Positions 1 through 23,404 of a stretch of 64,000 bases of DNA are shown here, piece by piece. Position 1 is the first letter of the stretch. Each line of letters starts with the position of its first letter. The notes beneath the pieces were generated by a model. That model was not told the origin of the DNA, ran no database searches, and was given only the letters and a program-made list of their open reading frames with translations. Position numbers and translations under genes: made by a program. The stretch is taken from assembly GCA_002269645.1 (NCBI GenBank), contig NIVC01000436.1, positions 62,001 through 126,000 of the forward strand, given 5' to 3'. The stretch is from Macrostomum lignano (lineage: Eukaryota).

Positions 1-3000
1 GGCTGGTGCCGGTTGTAGCCGTGCTGGTGCTGCTGTCTGCGGCTGCTACCGCCGCCGCCGTGCTGACGGCGAGAACTGCTGCTACGGCTGGATTGCGGGC
101 CGCCGCGACCGCCCCCTGGCAGGTAATCGTCGGCGTAGCTCTGATCGGAGTAGGGCGAGCTGAACTCGTCTTGCCTGCGGGGGGTGTTAGAGGAGACGGC
201 AATTTTAGTGGGATCAATAGCTTCAGTTTAAGCCCGGAGGCTGGCCCAGCAACTGAGGATCTGGGAGGCTGATGGCTTAGCAACTGAGGATCTGAGAGGC
301 TGGTGGCTCAGTAACTGATGATCTGGGAGGCTGGTGGCTCAGTAACTGAGGATCTGGGAAGCTGGCCTAGTAACTGGGGATCTGGGAAGCTGGCCTAGTA
401 ACTAGGGATCTGGGAAGCTGGCCTAGTAACTGGGGATCTGGGAAGCTGGCCTAGTAACTGGGGATCTGGGAGGCTGGCCCAGCAACTTAGGCTGGCTCAG
501 GAACTGACGATCTGGGGGTGGCGGATGTCAGTTTACAAAAATCGTGGTTTAAAGAAATGCCTAGACATACCTTCTGAAGTGGTCGCCAGAGCTTTCATAA
601 TGGTGATCGCGAAATTTTCTCCAGGACTTGTGATTCGATTTCACATAATCATCCGTAATCACCATGTCGGAGCGGTAACGACCTTTGCTGCCGCCTCGGC
701 CGCCAGCGCTGCCGCCGCCACCACTGCTGCCGCTGCCGCTGCGACCGTGGACGGCGCCACGATCGAATTCGGGCGGATAAAGTTGCTCGAATATCCTGCG
801 CAGATGATAAAGCAGATTGACAAAGTTGAAAAGCATGCTTGTAGAGACAAACTCCCCGTAAATCTAGAGACAAACTTCCTTTAAATCTAGAGACAAACTC
901 CCCGTAAATCTAGAGACAAACTCCCTGTAAATCTAGAGACAAACTCCCTGTAAATCTAGAGACAAACTCCCTGTAAATCTAGAGACAAACTCCCTGAAAA
1001 TCTAGAGACAAACTCCCTGAAAATCTAGAGACAAACTTCCTTTAAATCTAGAAACAAACTCCCCGTAAATCTAGAGACAAACTTCCTTTAAATCTAGAGA
1101 CAAACTCCCCGTAAATCTAGAGACAAACTCCCTGCACATCTAGAGACAAACTGCCTGTAAATCTAGAGACAAACTCCCTGCACATCTATAGACAAACTCC
1201 CTGTACATCTATAGACAAACTCCCTGTACATCTATAGACAAACTCCCTGTACATCTATAGACAAACTCCCTGTACATCTATAGACAAACTCCCTGTACAT
1301 CTATAGACAAACCCCCTGCAAATCTAGAGACAAAACTCCAGTAAAAAAAAGCAAGGCCGGTACTCACTTGTAACCGCTGCGACTTTTGCCGCCAGTCCTA
1401 GCCAGATCTTCCATGAAATCTCTCTGACACTTTTGGCTAGCAAAGTCGGCTTGCAGTTTCCTGCCGCAGAGATAACGATTCTTCATCTCCATAAGAGCTT
1501 TTTGCGCCTCGTCGGAATGATGAAAATATACTAGAGCTCGTAATCGATTGAAATTTAAGCAAACATTTCGAACCCGACCGTAAGTTGAGAACGTTTTAGA
1601 TAGGAATGATTCGCTAACGTTCTCGGACAGATTGCCCAACCAGAGACACTCGGTTGGCGGGGAGCGGCCGAATCCTAGCTTTGGCTTCTGGCCTTTCAAA
1701 GCAACCGTATCTGGCCGTTTTAACACGCCAACAACGCTTTTAATATCGGGAAATTGTACGAAAGCGTAGGCGCTGCAACTGCTGCCGGTGCTATTGTTGC
1801 CGCCAGGACCAGTGTTGCCGGAGCCGCTGTTACTGTTGCTGCTTTGAATTTTGATGTCGATGTCCTGATGAAGTTTATTTTAGGGTTTTTATTAACAAAG
1901 TCGATTTAATATTAATGCAGCGTGTTTTGAGTTGAGTCGGAACAAACATTACCAAGCAGTTGGCTCTTTAATAACTGTCTATGGCCAATAGATAGCCATA
2001 TAGAAATGAGTCTGGCCCATAGACAATTGGAAAGTACAAATTGCTACACGTAATTATAAAATAACTTGCAAATTCTTTTCCCACATGTTGTTGTCAGAAG
2101 AATTATTAGCAGAGACGAGACAAAAAAACGCGAGTACACAGTCCCAGAAAGTTTACAAACGAGAAATAAGGAGAAGCAAAAATGCATTTAAGAATGTTAG
2201 GCAGATCCAGTTAGCATCCAGAACTATTGTGGCCTCATTATTGGACTAGAAGAATACAGCTAGACAGACCCTGGGGGCATATTGCAGAAATTGCAGTTCA
2301 GTTAAGAAACACGACTAAAAAGTTTATTCTACATCTCACACTCAGGCAATACAGATGAATATGCTATGTGTGTAGATGTAGGCTAATAGAACAAGCCATT
2401 TATAAGGTGTATGAATAATTATGATAACAACAGAGTCCTCAATTAAATCCAAATTCTAGAAGTACAATTAAGAAGCCTCGATGTTAAATTTGCAAGGCAA
2501 CAAGCGAAGAGAGAAACGAGATTAGATGCTCTACCAGGAAGAAACAAAACGCTTAGACTAAGTTTAGATGCCAGAGAAAGAGAGAGAGAAGACTGAGATC
2601 ATATCCAACGGGGAGAGGAGACTGAGAGGGTGAGATCAGATCCTGTACGGGGAGAGAGGAGACTGAGAGGGTGAGATCAGATCCTGTACGGGGAGAGAGG
2701 AGACTGAGAGGGTGAGATCAGATCCTGTACGGGGAGAGAGGAGACTGAGAGGGTGAGATCAGATCTTGTACGTAGAGAGACGAGACCTGAGAGAGTGAGA
2801 TCAGATCCTGTACGGGGAGAGGAGACTGAGAGTGTGAGATCAGATCCTGAACGGGGAGAGAGGAGACTGAGAGGGTGAGATCAGATCCTGTACAGGGAGA
2901 GAAGAGACTGAGAGGGTGAGATCAGATCCTGTACAGGGAGAGAAGAGACTGAGAGGGTGAGATCAGATCCTGTACAGGGAGAGAGGAACTGAGAGGGTGA

Positions 3001-6000
3001 GATCAGATCCTGTACAGGGAGAGAGGAACTGAGAGGGTGAGATCAGATCCTGTACAGGGAGAGAGGAACTGAGAGGGTGAGATCAGATCCTGTACGGGAA
3101 GAGAGGAGACTGAGAGGGTGAGATCAGATCCTGTACAGGGAGAGAGGAACTGAGAGGGTGAGATCAGATCCTGTACAGGGAGAGAGGAGACTGAGAGGGT
3201 GAGATCAGATCCTGTACAGGGAGAGAGGAACTGAGAGGGTGAGATCAGATCCTGTACGGGGAGAGAGGAGACTGAGAGGGTGAGATCAGATCCTGTACAG
3301 GGAGAGAGGAACTGAGAGGGTGAGATCAGATCCTGTACAGGGAGAGAGGAGACTGAGAGGGTGAGATCAGATCCTGTACAGGGAGAGAGGAGACTGAGAG
3401 GGTGAGATCAGATCCTGTACAGGGAGAGAGGAGACTGAGGGGGTGAGATCAGATCCTGTACAGGGAGAGAGGAGACTGAGAGGGTGAGATCAGATCCTGT
3501 ACAGGGAGAGAGGACACAGGGTGAGTGATGCGACACAAAATAGACAGTTAAGACGGTGACTCACCAAAACATTGCCAAACCGAGACAGCGCATCGCGCAA
3601 ATCGGTTTCCCAGACAGTTTTGGGATCCAGATTGCCTACGAACAGAGTTCGCGTAGCCCTAGGGTGGTACTCGTCTGGAGACTGAGTCAATAGCAGAGTA
3701 GACGAAGAAGTAGAATCGTCGGCTTGAGCTGGCGGCTGCTGCTGCTGCTGTTGAGGCGACGCCACATGGGCGGAATCGGCCGCGCGTTTGACGCTTAAAT
3801 TGGCGCCGCAATAATGCTTGCCAGCGCGCGTAGTTTCCAGAGCGCGCTCGGCGTCGTCTGCACGCCTGTACATAACGGTGGCGTACCTATCCTCCAGGAT
3901 GCCGCCGTGCAATTGTACGCCTAATATCCTGCCCAGGCGGCGGAACTCGTGATAGAGGCCGCTCTGCAGGCTGGCGTCTGGGCGATAGGGGGGCGGCGGG
4001 TTGGCGAAATATGAAATTTTACTGATCTCCTCTTTGAGTTTCCTGGAGTACACCGAGTGAGTACAGCTGGAGGGGCACTGAAGGACAGGAGGATGGCACT
4101 GAAGGACAGGAGGATGGCACTGAAGGACAGGAGGATGGCACTGAAGAACAGGAGGATGGCACTGAAGAACGGGAGGATGGCACTGAAGAACAGGAGGATG
4201 GCACTGAAGAACAGGAGGATGGCACTGAAGGACAGGAGGATGGCACTGAAGAACAGGAGGATGGCACTGAAGAACAGGAGGATGGCACTGAAGGACAGGA
4301 GGATGGCACTGCAGCCTCACCTGACAACCTATCCGGCAGGTTGCAAATCTTCAACGTTCTCGATCTGTTGTCAATATCGACAGCGGTTGAATCGTTAAGT
4401 GCCGCTGTCGGGCTGCCGTCATCCCGCCTGCCGCAGGATTTGCTGGCGCTGCAAGCATGTTAATAAAATAATAAGTATTGTACTGATAACATGAATATTA
4501 GCGACAAAGGAGAAAGTCTACGTTGAAGAAAATTATAATTGCAAGGGTCTATCGGGGCTTGGGTTATAAGTGTATACATTTAACATTAATCTTAACATTA
4601 GCATTACGTGTACATTAATACATGCGAAAGGAGAAGGCATCGCAGTAATTCCATCACAGTTTGAAACACCCATCCACCACCCCACATTCCCCTGGGCCTA
4701 GCATAAGCTTTCGCCATGTCCTTGAGAGTTAAGAGAGAGTCCCTGAGAGATATATACTAATGCATATGCATAACTAGATGCATATATAAAATATATAACT
4801 AAAGCCCTAAAGCTCCCCCCCAAGGCCAAGCTAAAGAATCCCCACGTCAACTGTAGCAGGCTCAGCTCAATCCAAGTAGATGGAAAGTGGAAACGCTCGA
4901 GGGGGGATGGAGGGATTGGGGTCGGATGAAGAAGAGGGAGAGAGACTGGGCGCATTTGGGAACGGACTAGCGGAAACTGTGAAGCCAAGATCTACTAAAG
5001 CATTGCTCCCGCTGCCTCGGCTTCTCGCCGGGCCTCACAAGCCTTAGGAGAGGGGGGGGGTAAGAGCGGTGAGCAGAGGGACAGAGGCCCTGGGGAGGCC
5101 ACGAGAGAAGCCTACGCAGATGAGGAAAACAGGGAAAGAAGGGGATGGCGATGGGGAGGGTAAAAAATCGATATTCCTTATTCCCCAAACCCCCCAAGTC
5201 CTCTTACTTTACCAGGCCATGAGGAAATAAGGGGAAGAGAGGGAAGGAGCGCGAGATGGATTGGACAAGGCTTAGGTAGGACTAAAGGCAACTATAAACT
5301 CTGTATTATAGCCTTACTATAGGGCATGTATTCATTTATTGTATTGCGCGGCTTTGAGCCCCGGCGGGGTTGGCTAAGGGGTAAGGGATGGAATGAAAGC
5401 AAGCCTGATGGGCGGCTAGGGCTTGCCTGTGCACATTATATATAATGTAAAAGCTATGATTGAGAACAGCCCAGAGTTGCTGGCTTGCTGCATATAAACA
5501 GGAGAATGGATTAGCACGCAGATGTTGTACACGCTAGCCCAACTAGTAGTTCAGTTATATTTATATATTTATACTACGGCTACTACGATACGAGATGAAG
5601 AAGGGAAATGAAGGGGCTAGAGAATAAGTCGGGACTAGCTTGGGAAAGGCGGATGGGGAAATAGCGTGGGCTGGGCTGAGCTGACGAGAGAAGGGGGGAG
5701 GGGACTCCCAATACATGGTACATTCGCCTGTCTTACCCACCAACTTCCGCAGTTCCCCCCCGCCCCACAAGGAAGCTGCTCCTGATTGCAGGCCTCGTAG
5801 CTGTGCCTTTTTTCTCAGCAGCAGCCAGATCTGTCTCTATGTCTGTCCCAGATCTTCTCTAATTTTTCGTGTCTGTGAAACGCAGCTGTTTCTTAAAGCC
5901 TCAGCGCCTGCCAAATTATAAATGAATATTGGTATCAGAAACAGAGAGGGAAAGCAGGGGGAAAGGGACCAATGAGTCCATTGAGTAAAGGGCCTGGATT

Positions 6001-9000
6001 TTAGCATCAATGTATGCATGAGATAATTACTAAAAAATTATTCCAGGCAAATAGAACAGGGAAAGAAATTCGGATTAAGCCTAGGGATTAAGGATTATTT
6101 AGCCCCTTCTTAAAAGCCTTTAGCTCGACAATACGAAGGATATATAATAAAATAAAGCTAAAGAGAAACTGATCGTGACGGTCGATTTGTATCGAAAGAT
6201 ACTTTTCTTGCTGTATAACACGTTATTTTTTAAAGAGGAAATTGGGAATCATTCTCGCATTTAATACTATAACTAAGGCTAATAGATATATCTCTGTAGC
6301 AGCAGATGCGCCGATGTGAAGATTACACTCAAAGGCAAAGGGGCAATGGGGCATTTATTTCTCTTTTTGCTCCCCCCCCCCCGATTTTTCTTCTGTTCTT
6401 GACTCGCTTAACATTTAGAATTCGCCTTAGCAAGCAGACAGCTAGACTATAATTGTCGAACAGCTCCCATGAGCGTAGCTCAGCTGCAGATTTTCTAAAT
6501 AATCTCTAGACCAAGTCGGGCAATAATCCCCTTCCCTCACCTCAAGAAAAGAAAACACCCCGTGATTCAGCAAGCTCTGAGCGATTGTTTAAACGGCGTA
6601 TAGACTATCACGTACGTAAAGTCTTGAAGAAGCTTATTTGTCGCAACTCGCAATTATGAAATTGCATCATAATTTCTGAAACAAAATGCCATCTTATTAC
6701 ATTTAAAATATACACAGTAATTTTTTTAAACAGGACAAGAGATATGGGTTAGACTTTAGACCTACAACTGCGCTTTTAGATATGTTCTGTTAGTTACAAA
6801 GAATTGCTTTGTCAATGCTATAGTTAAAAAAACAGATAATAAATATAGGATAAAAATGAAGACAGCTAAGCTAAATAGAGATTTCTAAGGCGTGCTAACG
6901 GCAGCCCAGAATTGGGAGGGAATTGGCTGGGGTAAAGAATGGGGCCACTGGAAATAGAAAGTAGAAAAAAGAGAGAAAGAAGCTTTTTTTGGGCTATTGG
7001 ACTGCAGTTGGGTATAGTAGAGCCTACACAAGAGAGGAAAGACAGGGAAGGAAATGCTTTTTTGGCTTTCCAATTCCAACTAAAAGCCGCGCATAGTCAG
7101 TCAGGCACGCACGTTCGCGCCTTACTTTAATTGTACAGTGTACAGTTTTTACACAAGTTCAACAATTCCAAGGCATACACTAGGCATTAGATTAGGAAAA
7201 AATCTTTCTACACGACGCAAACGCCAGTTTTAGAGGGGGGAGGGGGGAATTCTGTGTGTGAACGTTCAAGTTCTGTTCAGGGCTCGGGCTTGCCTATTGC
7301 CTAGGTTTAGCAACCCCATACCCCAACTCCCTCAGTCCAAGCCCCAGCACCCCTTTTAACCCAAACGCCTGCCTCCCGCCTATATAATCAACATAGCTTG
7401 GAAGTTTGGGGCGGGCACGGGGGAATGGGGTGGGGCGTCATAGATAAGGCTTAGTATTAGTTATATATATACGTATAGAATATAGGGTTATACATATAAA
7501 AGGATACAAGGGGCGCGCGCTGTGTGCGCACAAACCGACAAGCACCCACCCCACTCTCCACTGGGGGCTACACAACACACTTAATATTATAAGCTTAGTA
7601 ATGACTGATATGTATAATAGGTTCTATACTATAGGCATGCAAAGACCTGGAGTTGGGGGGGGAGAGAGGGGGGAGTGGAGTGGAAAGGACGGGAAGGGTT
7701 TTTGGGGCCAAAAAGGCTTGGCCTGTTTCTCTTTCTCTCTCTTATTCTCGCATTGTGAATGCTTTGTAAACCCCACCCACTCCTCACTGGCATAGTCCAG
7801 TCCAGTCATACATAGCCCTTCCTAACCCCCAACTTAAAATTGTAATATAGTAAAGTAAGGCTTTCTTATTCTCTATAGCAGAGCTTTATATATGCATACT
7901 ATTATGGTATAGAAAAAAACGTCACTGTCACACACACACACAACAGAACAGGCTAGAGCTCCACAACTTTGAAAACCCAAGTGTAGATAGGTATACAATA
8001 GAGTATGAAGAGAGCCAGCCAAGGGCTGCCTTAGTATATAAAATATAGGCGCAGGCTAAAACGCGCACACAGAGAAGAACTAGGGGCTTGTGTGCTGTGC
8101 AAAAATGAGTAATAATACGCACGGCCCTTTCCCCTTAGTTCTAATTATGATATATTAACTAAGTATTCTATTGTGATTGTGAATTGCATTGCACTGCGTG
8201 CAAGTTTTCAAAAAAAGAAGCCTTGGTCCAAATACATAAACAATACGCACACTGCACAAGTAATTACGCACGCCACAACAGTGAACCATGGGGCTATAAT
8301 GTAAGAGCATTTTACACTAAACACTTAATAAGCCTGCAAAACCAAAGCCTGCTTAGGCAAGTTTTTTGTTCGTTTTTTCAGACTTCTCTGTCTATAGATG
8401 CATAATATACAACTTAGCGTCTTTAAGAATGAAATTAGTAACAGAAACTTATATATAATACATATTCTACTAGAGCTATTAAGAGTGGAAGAATAAATGC
8501 AACAAAAATCCGTACCTGCTCGGCGGACTGTTGTTATTATTAACGCTAGTCGTTGTAGACGAACCGTTCTCCAACACTGGAAGCCTGCGAATAATGATAT
8601 TAGATTATTAGAATATTCATAGTTTTGAACTCACAAATTTCTTTCCTCGTCAATCAATAAATGAAATAGATTAATCCAATGACCATCGTATTAACACGCT
8701 CAAGGCTCACTTATCAAATTTGACGCAAGCGGAATCTTTTAATCGTTGCAAACCCGGTTCGCCTGACTGATCGCAATATTCGGACGTCAACGACTGTCCA
8801 TCAAGCAAATGAATGCCTGTGCAAGCTTTAACGGCTGTTTTTGTATCCAGAAATGATAATACTGCTCCTCTAAGTTGGCCGGCCTCGTGAATCTTGGTGC
8901 TCAGAATGCGACCGTAGCTAGAGTAGTGAAAAAGTTGGAATGAAAAGTACAACCAGTTAGTTATTATGAATCGAGATTAGAATAAACAAACATACACAAT

Positions 9001-9698
9001 TAAGGTATTAATCCAATGAAAACCTGCACTGCTATTCCTTGTGCTAAGAGAACTGCTTCAGTGTCGGTCTGTCTGTATCTCTGTTTTGAATCCGATGACA
9101 GATAGGTTTTATAACAAATGAAACACAGAAATTAAGTGAACTGACAAACTCACCACTGACAGCAGCGCCGATAGGGCTCAGCGGATATTTGTTTTTAAAT
9201 AATATATTCCTATTATTAATACTAAGAATCAAGAGCATGCAAATTAAAACGCACGTGATTTTATTTGAAATATAACTCTCCTAGTCTAGCTTCAATATCT
9301 CTGACCCTGATTTTGAATTTATGGAATGTTTAAAAAAGTACCAAATTTAATATTAACTAACATTCTTCTAAGCTAAGCCCAAAGACAAAATATGTGTGTT
9401 ACTTTTAGCTTAGCTAATGGTAATGATAAAAAAAAATTATTTTCACGTGGCCAGTCTACTCGTAACAATTTATAAACTTACTACTGCAATAAACCAATTT
9501 TTGTTTAAGTTCAAGTTACTCTTTGCAACTATCAAACATTAAGTCTTTCCCAGTATACTGAAAACTAAATCGATACGATATAAAAATCATTGACAGGTCG
9601 TGCGGATTAACTTACCTCGAAAACAGATCCGTCAATTTTTTCTGTGTAGCATTTGGCGGTAATTCACTAATCCACAGATAGCGTGTCTCTTCTTTCAT
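1..9698 (-). CDS. SPEN: SPEN/SHARP (split ends) RRM protein, 5' part; 8 exons in window, continues beyond window start
   Basis: Exons 9698-9616, 8917-8711, 8584-8516, 4448-4321, 3977-3565, 1864-1368, 795-571, 174-1 have GT-AG boundaries and consistent phases. N-terminus MKEETRYLWISELP..YGRILSTKI resembles SPEN RRM1 (MVRETRHLWVGNLP). Later RRMs include DASLQSGLYHEFRRLG, ATRTLFVGNL and KLGFGRSPPTECLWL. Confidence 0.92.
250..515. repeat. Intronic minisatellite, ~26-27 bp unit with TGAGGATCTG core
   Basis: Repeated AACTG(A/G)GGATCTGGGA(A/G)GCTGG inside a SPEN intron. Confidence 0.85.
842..1335. repeat. Intronic minisatellite, 23-bp unit
   Basis: TAGAGACAAACTCCC(C/T)GTAAATC, about 21 copies. Confidence 0.95.
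2590..3515. repeat. Intronic minisatellite, 40-41 bp unit
   Basis: GAGAGGGTGAGATCAGATCCTGTACAGGGAGAGAGGAGACT, about 22 copies. Confidence 0.95.
4070..4312. repeat. Intronic minisatellite, 21-bp unit
   Basis: CACTGAAG(A/G)ACAGGAGGATGG, about 11 copies. Explains the low-complexity ORFs in the track here. Confidence 0.95.
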
Positions 9699-9771
9699 TA
9701 CACACAATCGAAATAGTCGAATTACTCCTCATATCATAGCATAATCTGAACGTGATAAAACACTGATACTG

Positions 9772-10029
9772 TTAAAAAGACAATCCGCGAAACGAATTAA
9801 CAAACTGATTGATGCAGTGAATCCACTGATCGATCCAAAAATGCAGAGCAGAGGCGCTTTCAACGTAGAATTCTGTTATACAGTGTAGATGCAATTGCAA
9901 GCCGTAAAGACGTGGCCCGAGCTCAGGGCAGCCAAGGTTCTTGCTGGGTATATAGAAAAGTCTGCATGGGGCTCGTCGTTTAGCTAATTTGAATAGCTCA
10001 TGGGCCAACCCCACGGTCGATAAGTCCAT
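9772..10029 (-). CDS. Possible 85-aa small protein or uORF immediately upstream of SPEN
   Basis: ATG-initiated, non-repetitive ORF (MDLSTVGLAHELFKLAKRR...), more GC-rich than its flanks. No family recognised. Confidence 0.3.
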   Translation of the reverse strand: MDLSTVGLAHELFKLAKRRAPCRLFYIPSKNLGCPELGPRLYGLQLHLHCITEFYVESASALHFWIDQWIHCINQFVNSFRGLSF

Positions 10030-10829
10030 ACCACTTTTTGGGGGGCAGCATGGTTCACGCGCACGCGCGTACTAGCCTACTTCAAATAGTAGGCAGCTAA
10101 AAATATACACACCGATAATTATGCGAAAATGATTTATTTACCTAGCCGTATCAAAATGGAGAAAAAAGATAGATAGACATAATTTACCAATAACTTTTAC
10201 AAATAACTTGATCGAAGAAAAAATAGACGCACCAAACTATACTGTATATTTTAGAGTTCAAGTACACCCAGCCTTAATCGGGCTAAGTATTAGAAAAATA
10301 TACAAAAGTAGATGCAACATGTAGTATTACACGTACACAATAAAACAAACACGAAATCTAAATGTAATACATGCAAAATTTGTTCTCAATCAGGTAACGC
10401 CAGTTTTTACTCCAATTGTGTAATAATGCGAACCTTTAACCGTGCATTTACTTGTGCAAGTTATTCAATTTATGCAATGGACAGCTATACTACTGAGAAT
10501 TGAGAGACCTGTCATTTCTGTCAACCTTTATGTTTTCCTGTAGTCTTTACACAGCCAAGTATTATTCAGATTTATACGTTACTTTGTGAAAATTTGGCAA
10601 TAAAAATGTACAGTAGTAAAAATTTTAGGATAGCATAAAAATAATCTACAGAAATGACACCTACTTATAGTAGTTAAGTTTAAACGCATTAAAAAGTTAA
10701 ATAAAAATATAATCCATAATCACTGAGAAAAAACACTATAAAAGAATTCCTTTTACCGACATAGCCATACACTTGTTTAATATCAAATAGTTTTGCCAAC
10801 AATCTATACGACACAATCAATAGTACAAA

Positions 10830-21562
<10,733 letters not shown>

Positions 21563-23404
21563 GATGCTGAGCAATGACTCCTTACTCTGTAGGACAAACA
21601 CCTAAAATAAATAAATAGATATCAAATTAATCAGGAATAATTGGCTTTATTATTTAAAACAGAGTTGAAACAGACTTAGGTTTTTGAATTGTTCATTATC
21701 TAGGACTTTTAGCAATGTAAAACTATCATACTATGCAATGCATTACACTAAATTTCATGTCTTCTAAATTTCTATAGAAAAATTAAAAAAGTAATCTCTG
21801 TGAGTCTAATTATATGGGAAATTATAAAACTATCCTTGAAAAGATATTTTGGTACTAAAAGATACCAAAAATGTGGCTAGCAATTTTGTTTGTAATAGTT
21901 CTCAACTTGCATGCATGTGCACTTCTAGTGTGTTCAGTTGTTTTCTCCATATTTCTTTCTGAGTTACCCTATCCTTGCATACAACCTTTTGTAAAATTTC
22001 TTCTCATTTCTGATTCTGATTGGTTGTAAATGTGTGAATAACGAGCCCCAACCAATGAATGCTTAGTGCCTATACCCTGCCAGTGAAATCAAATTGGGTA
22101 AGATTGTCTAAGCTGCGCCTTTCACCCTACCTTCCCCTATACCCATGCGGTCAAGTCTATAAATTTAAGTAAGCTGGCAAGCTAATAAATCAAGTTTCTT
22201 CAACTAACAAAGTATTCTATAGTTGGTAGAAATTTGAACTCTGGATTTTAGAATACACAGCTACATGTTGTTAAATTAAAAAGTTATTAAATTAATTATC
22301 TACATTATAAACTAATATACTTTCTCTATCTAAGTATATATTTTCTATATATCCATTCACCACTGTATTTATGATATGTACTATGGCCATAGGGTAAAGG
22401 GAAAACCACCTCTCATCTTTATTAATAAAACTATTATAGATACTACTTATTTAAAAGAAAATTATTAAAAAATGTATTAAAAAACTGATCATTTTTGCAA
22501 AAAAAGGAAATTATAAAGATGCCTAAACACTATAAAAGTAGTAGGTGCTAATACAAATGGCTTGGATTATCTATCATTATCATTTTATTATAATATTATA
22601 ATTGATAATTTTAATTTATCCAGTTCCATTCTAATAAGAATATCAATAAATAAAAAAGTCAACATACAGAGCTATTAATATTATCCTCAGTCCTTCGTGT
22701 GGAAATGCCGCAGGTCCTACGACCTTTATTTGGCAGTGACGGTGAGGTAAGACCTGGGTTCAATAAGAAAGAATAAGACTTAGTTGAGACGCGTAATTAT
22801 TAAGTATATCAGTCGATGATTGCAAATGGTAATTACTTAATTTGTACAACAAAATACTTCTTAGAAAGGTCTCGTGTTAAAATTACTCAGAAAAATTAAG
22901 TCCAGTAAAACAATCTATAATCACTGAGTGTTAAAGCAAGGCTAGAAAATTGTATAATTCACATTTTTTAATATAAAAATTAGGTAAAAACTGCCTATCT
23001 GATTAGTTACTCAAATTAATAATAGAAATAGCTTGAAATGAAAAGTTAACTACATTTTGTCAAACTTCCTGATTGATGTATATTTTGTGCCTTTTCGTTG
23101 GCCTACTGCGGCAATAAAGCGCGCACAGGCATGGATGGAGATCACTTTTTATTTTTTATTTTATTAATTTTCACTGTGTCGTACATGACATTTTCTTTAT
23201 AATCGGTGATACAGTCAGATATCATCGGTGATATGATATCCGTATCACCGAACGCTTAATTGTTACATGTATGCGTGCATATAATTTCTAATGAAAAACA
23301 GTTTCTAGGAAACTTGTAAACTTGTACATGTAAAATGTTTAACTTGTCTTTTAGTCGATCAAAGACTATGACTGTAATCATTTCTTCTCGATCATTCAGT
23401 GATG

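Noticed and set aside
5287-5312. AACTATAACTCTG..TAGCC weakly resembles the same 28S H69 region
   Set aside because: Too short and AT-rich to distinguish from chance.
9901-9912. GCCGTAAAGACG resembles the 5' end of a recalled Macrostomum spliced leader
   Set aside because: Only 12 nt match, with no continuation, donor or Sm site.
23203-23251. Small hairpins (TCGGTGATAC...GTATCACCGA here; TTCTCCGTAA...TTACGGAGAA at 49098-49123)
   Set aside because: Short and isolated, with no TSD or other context supporting a function.
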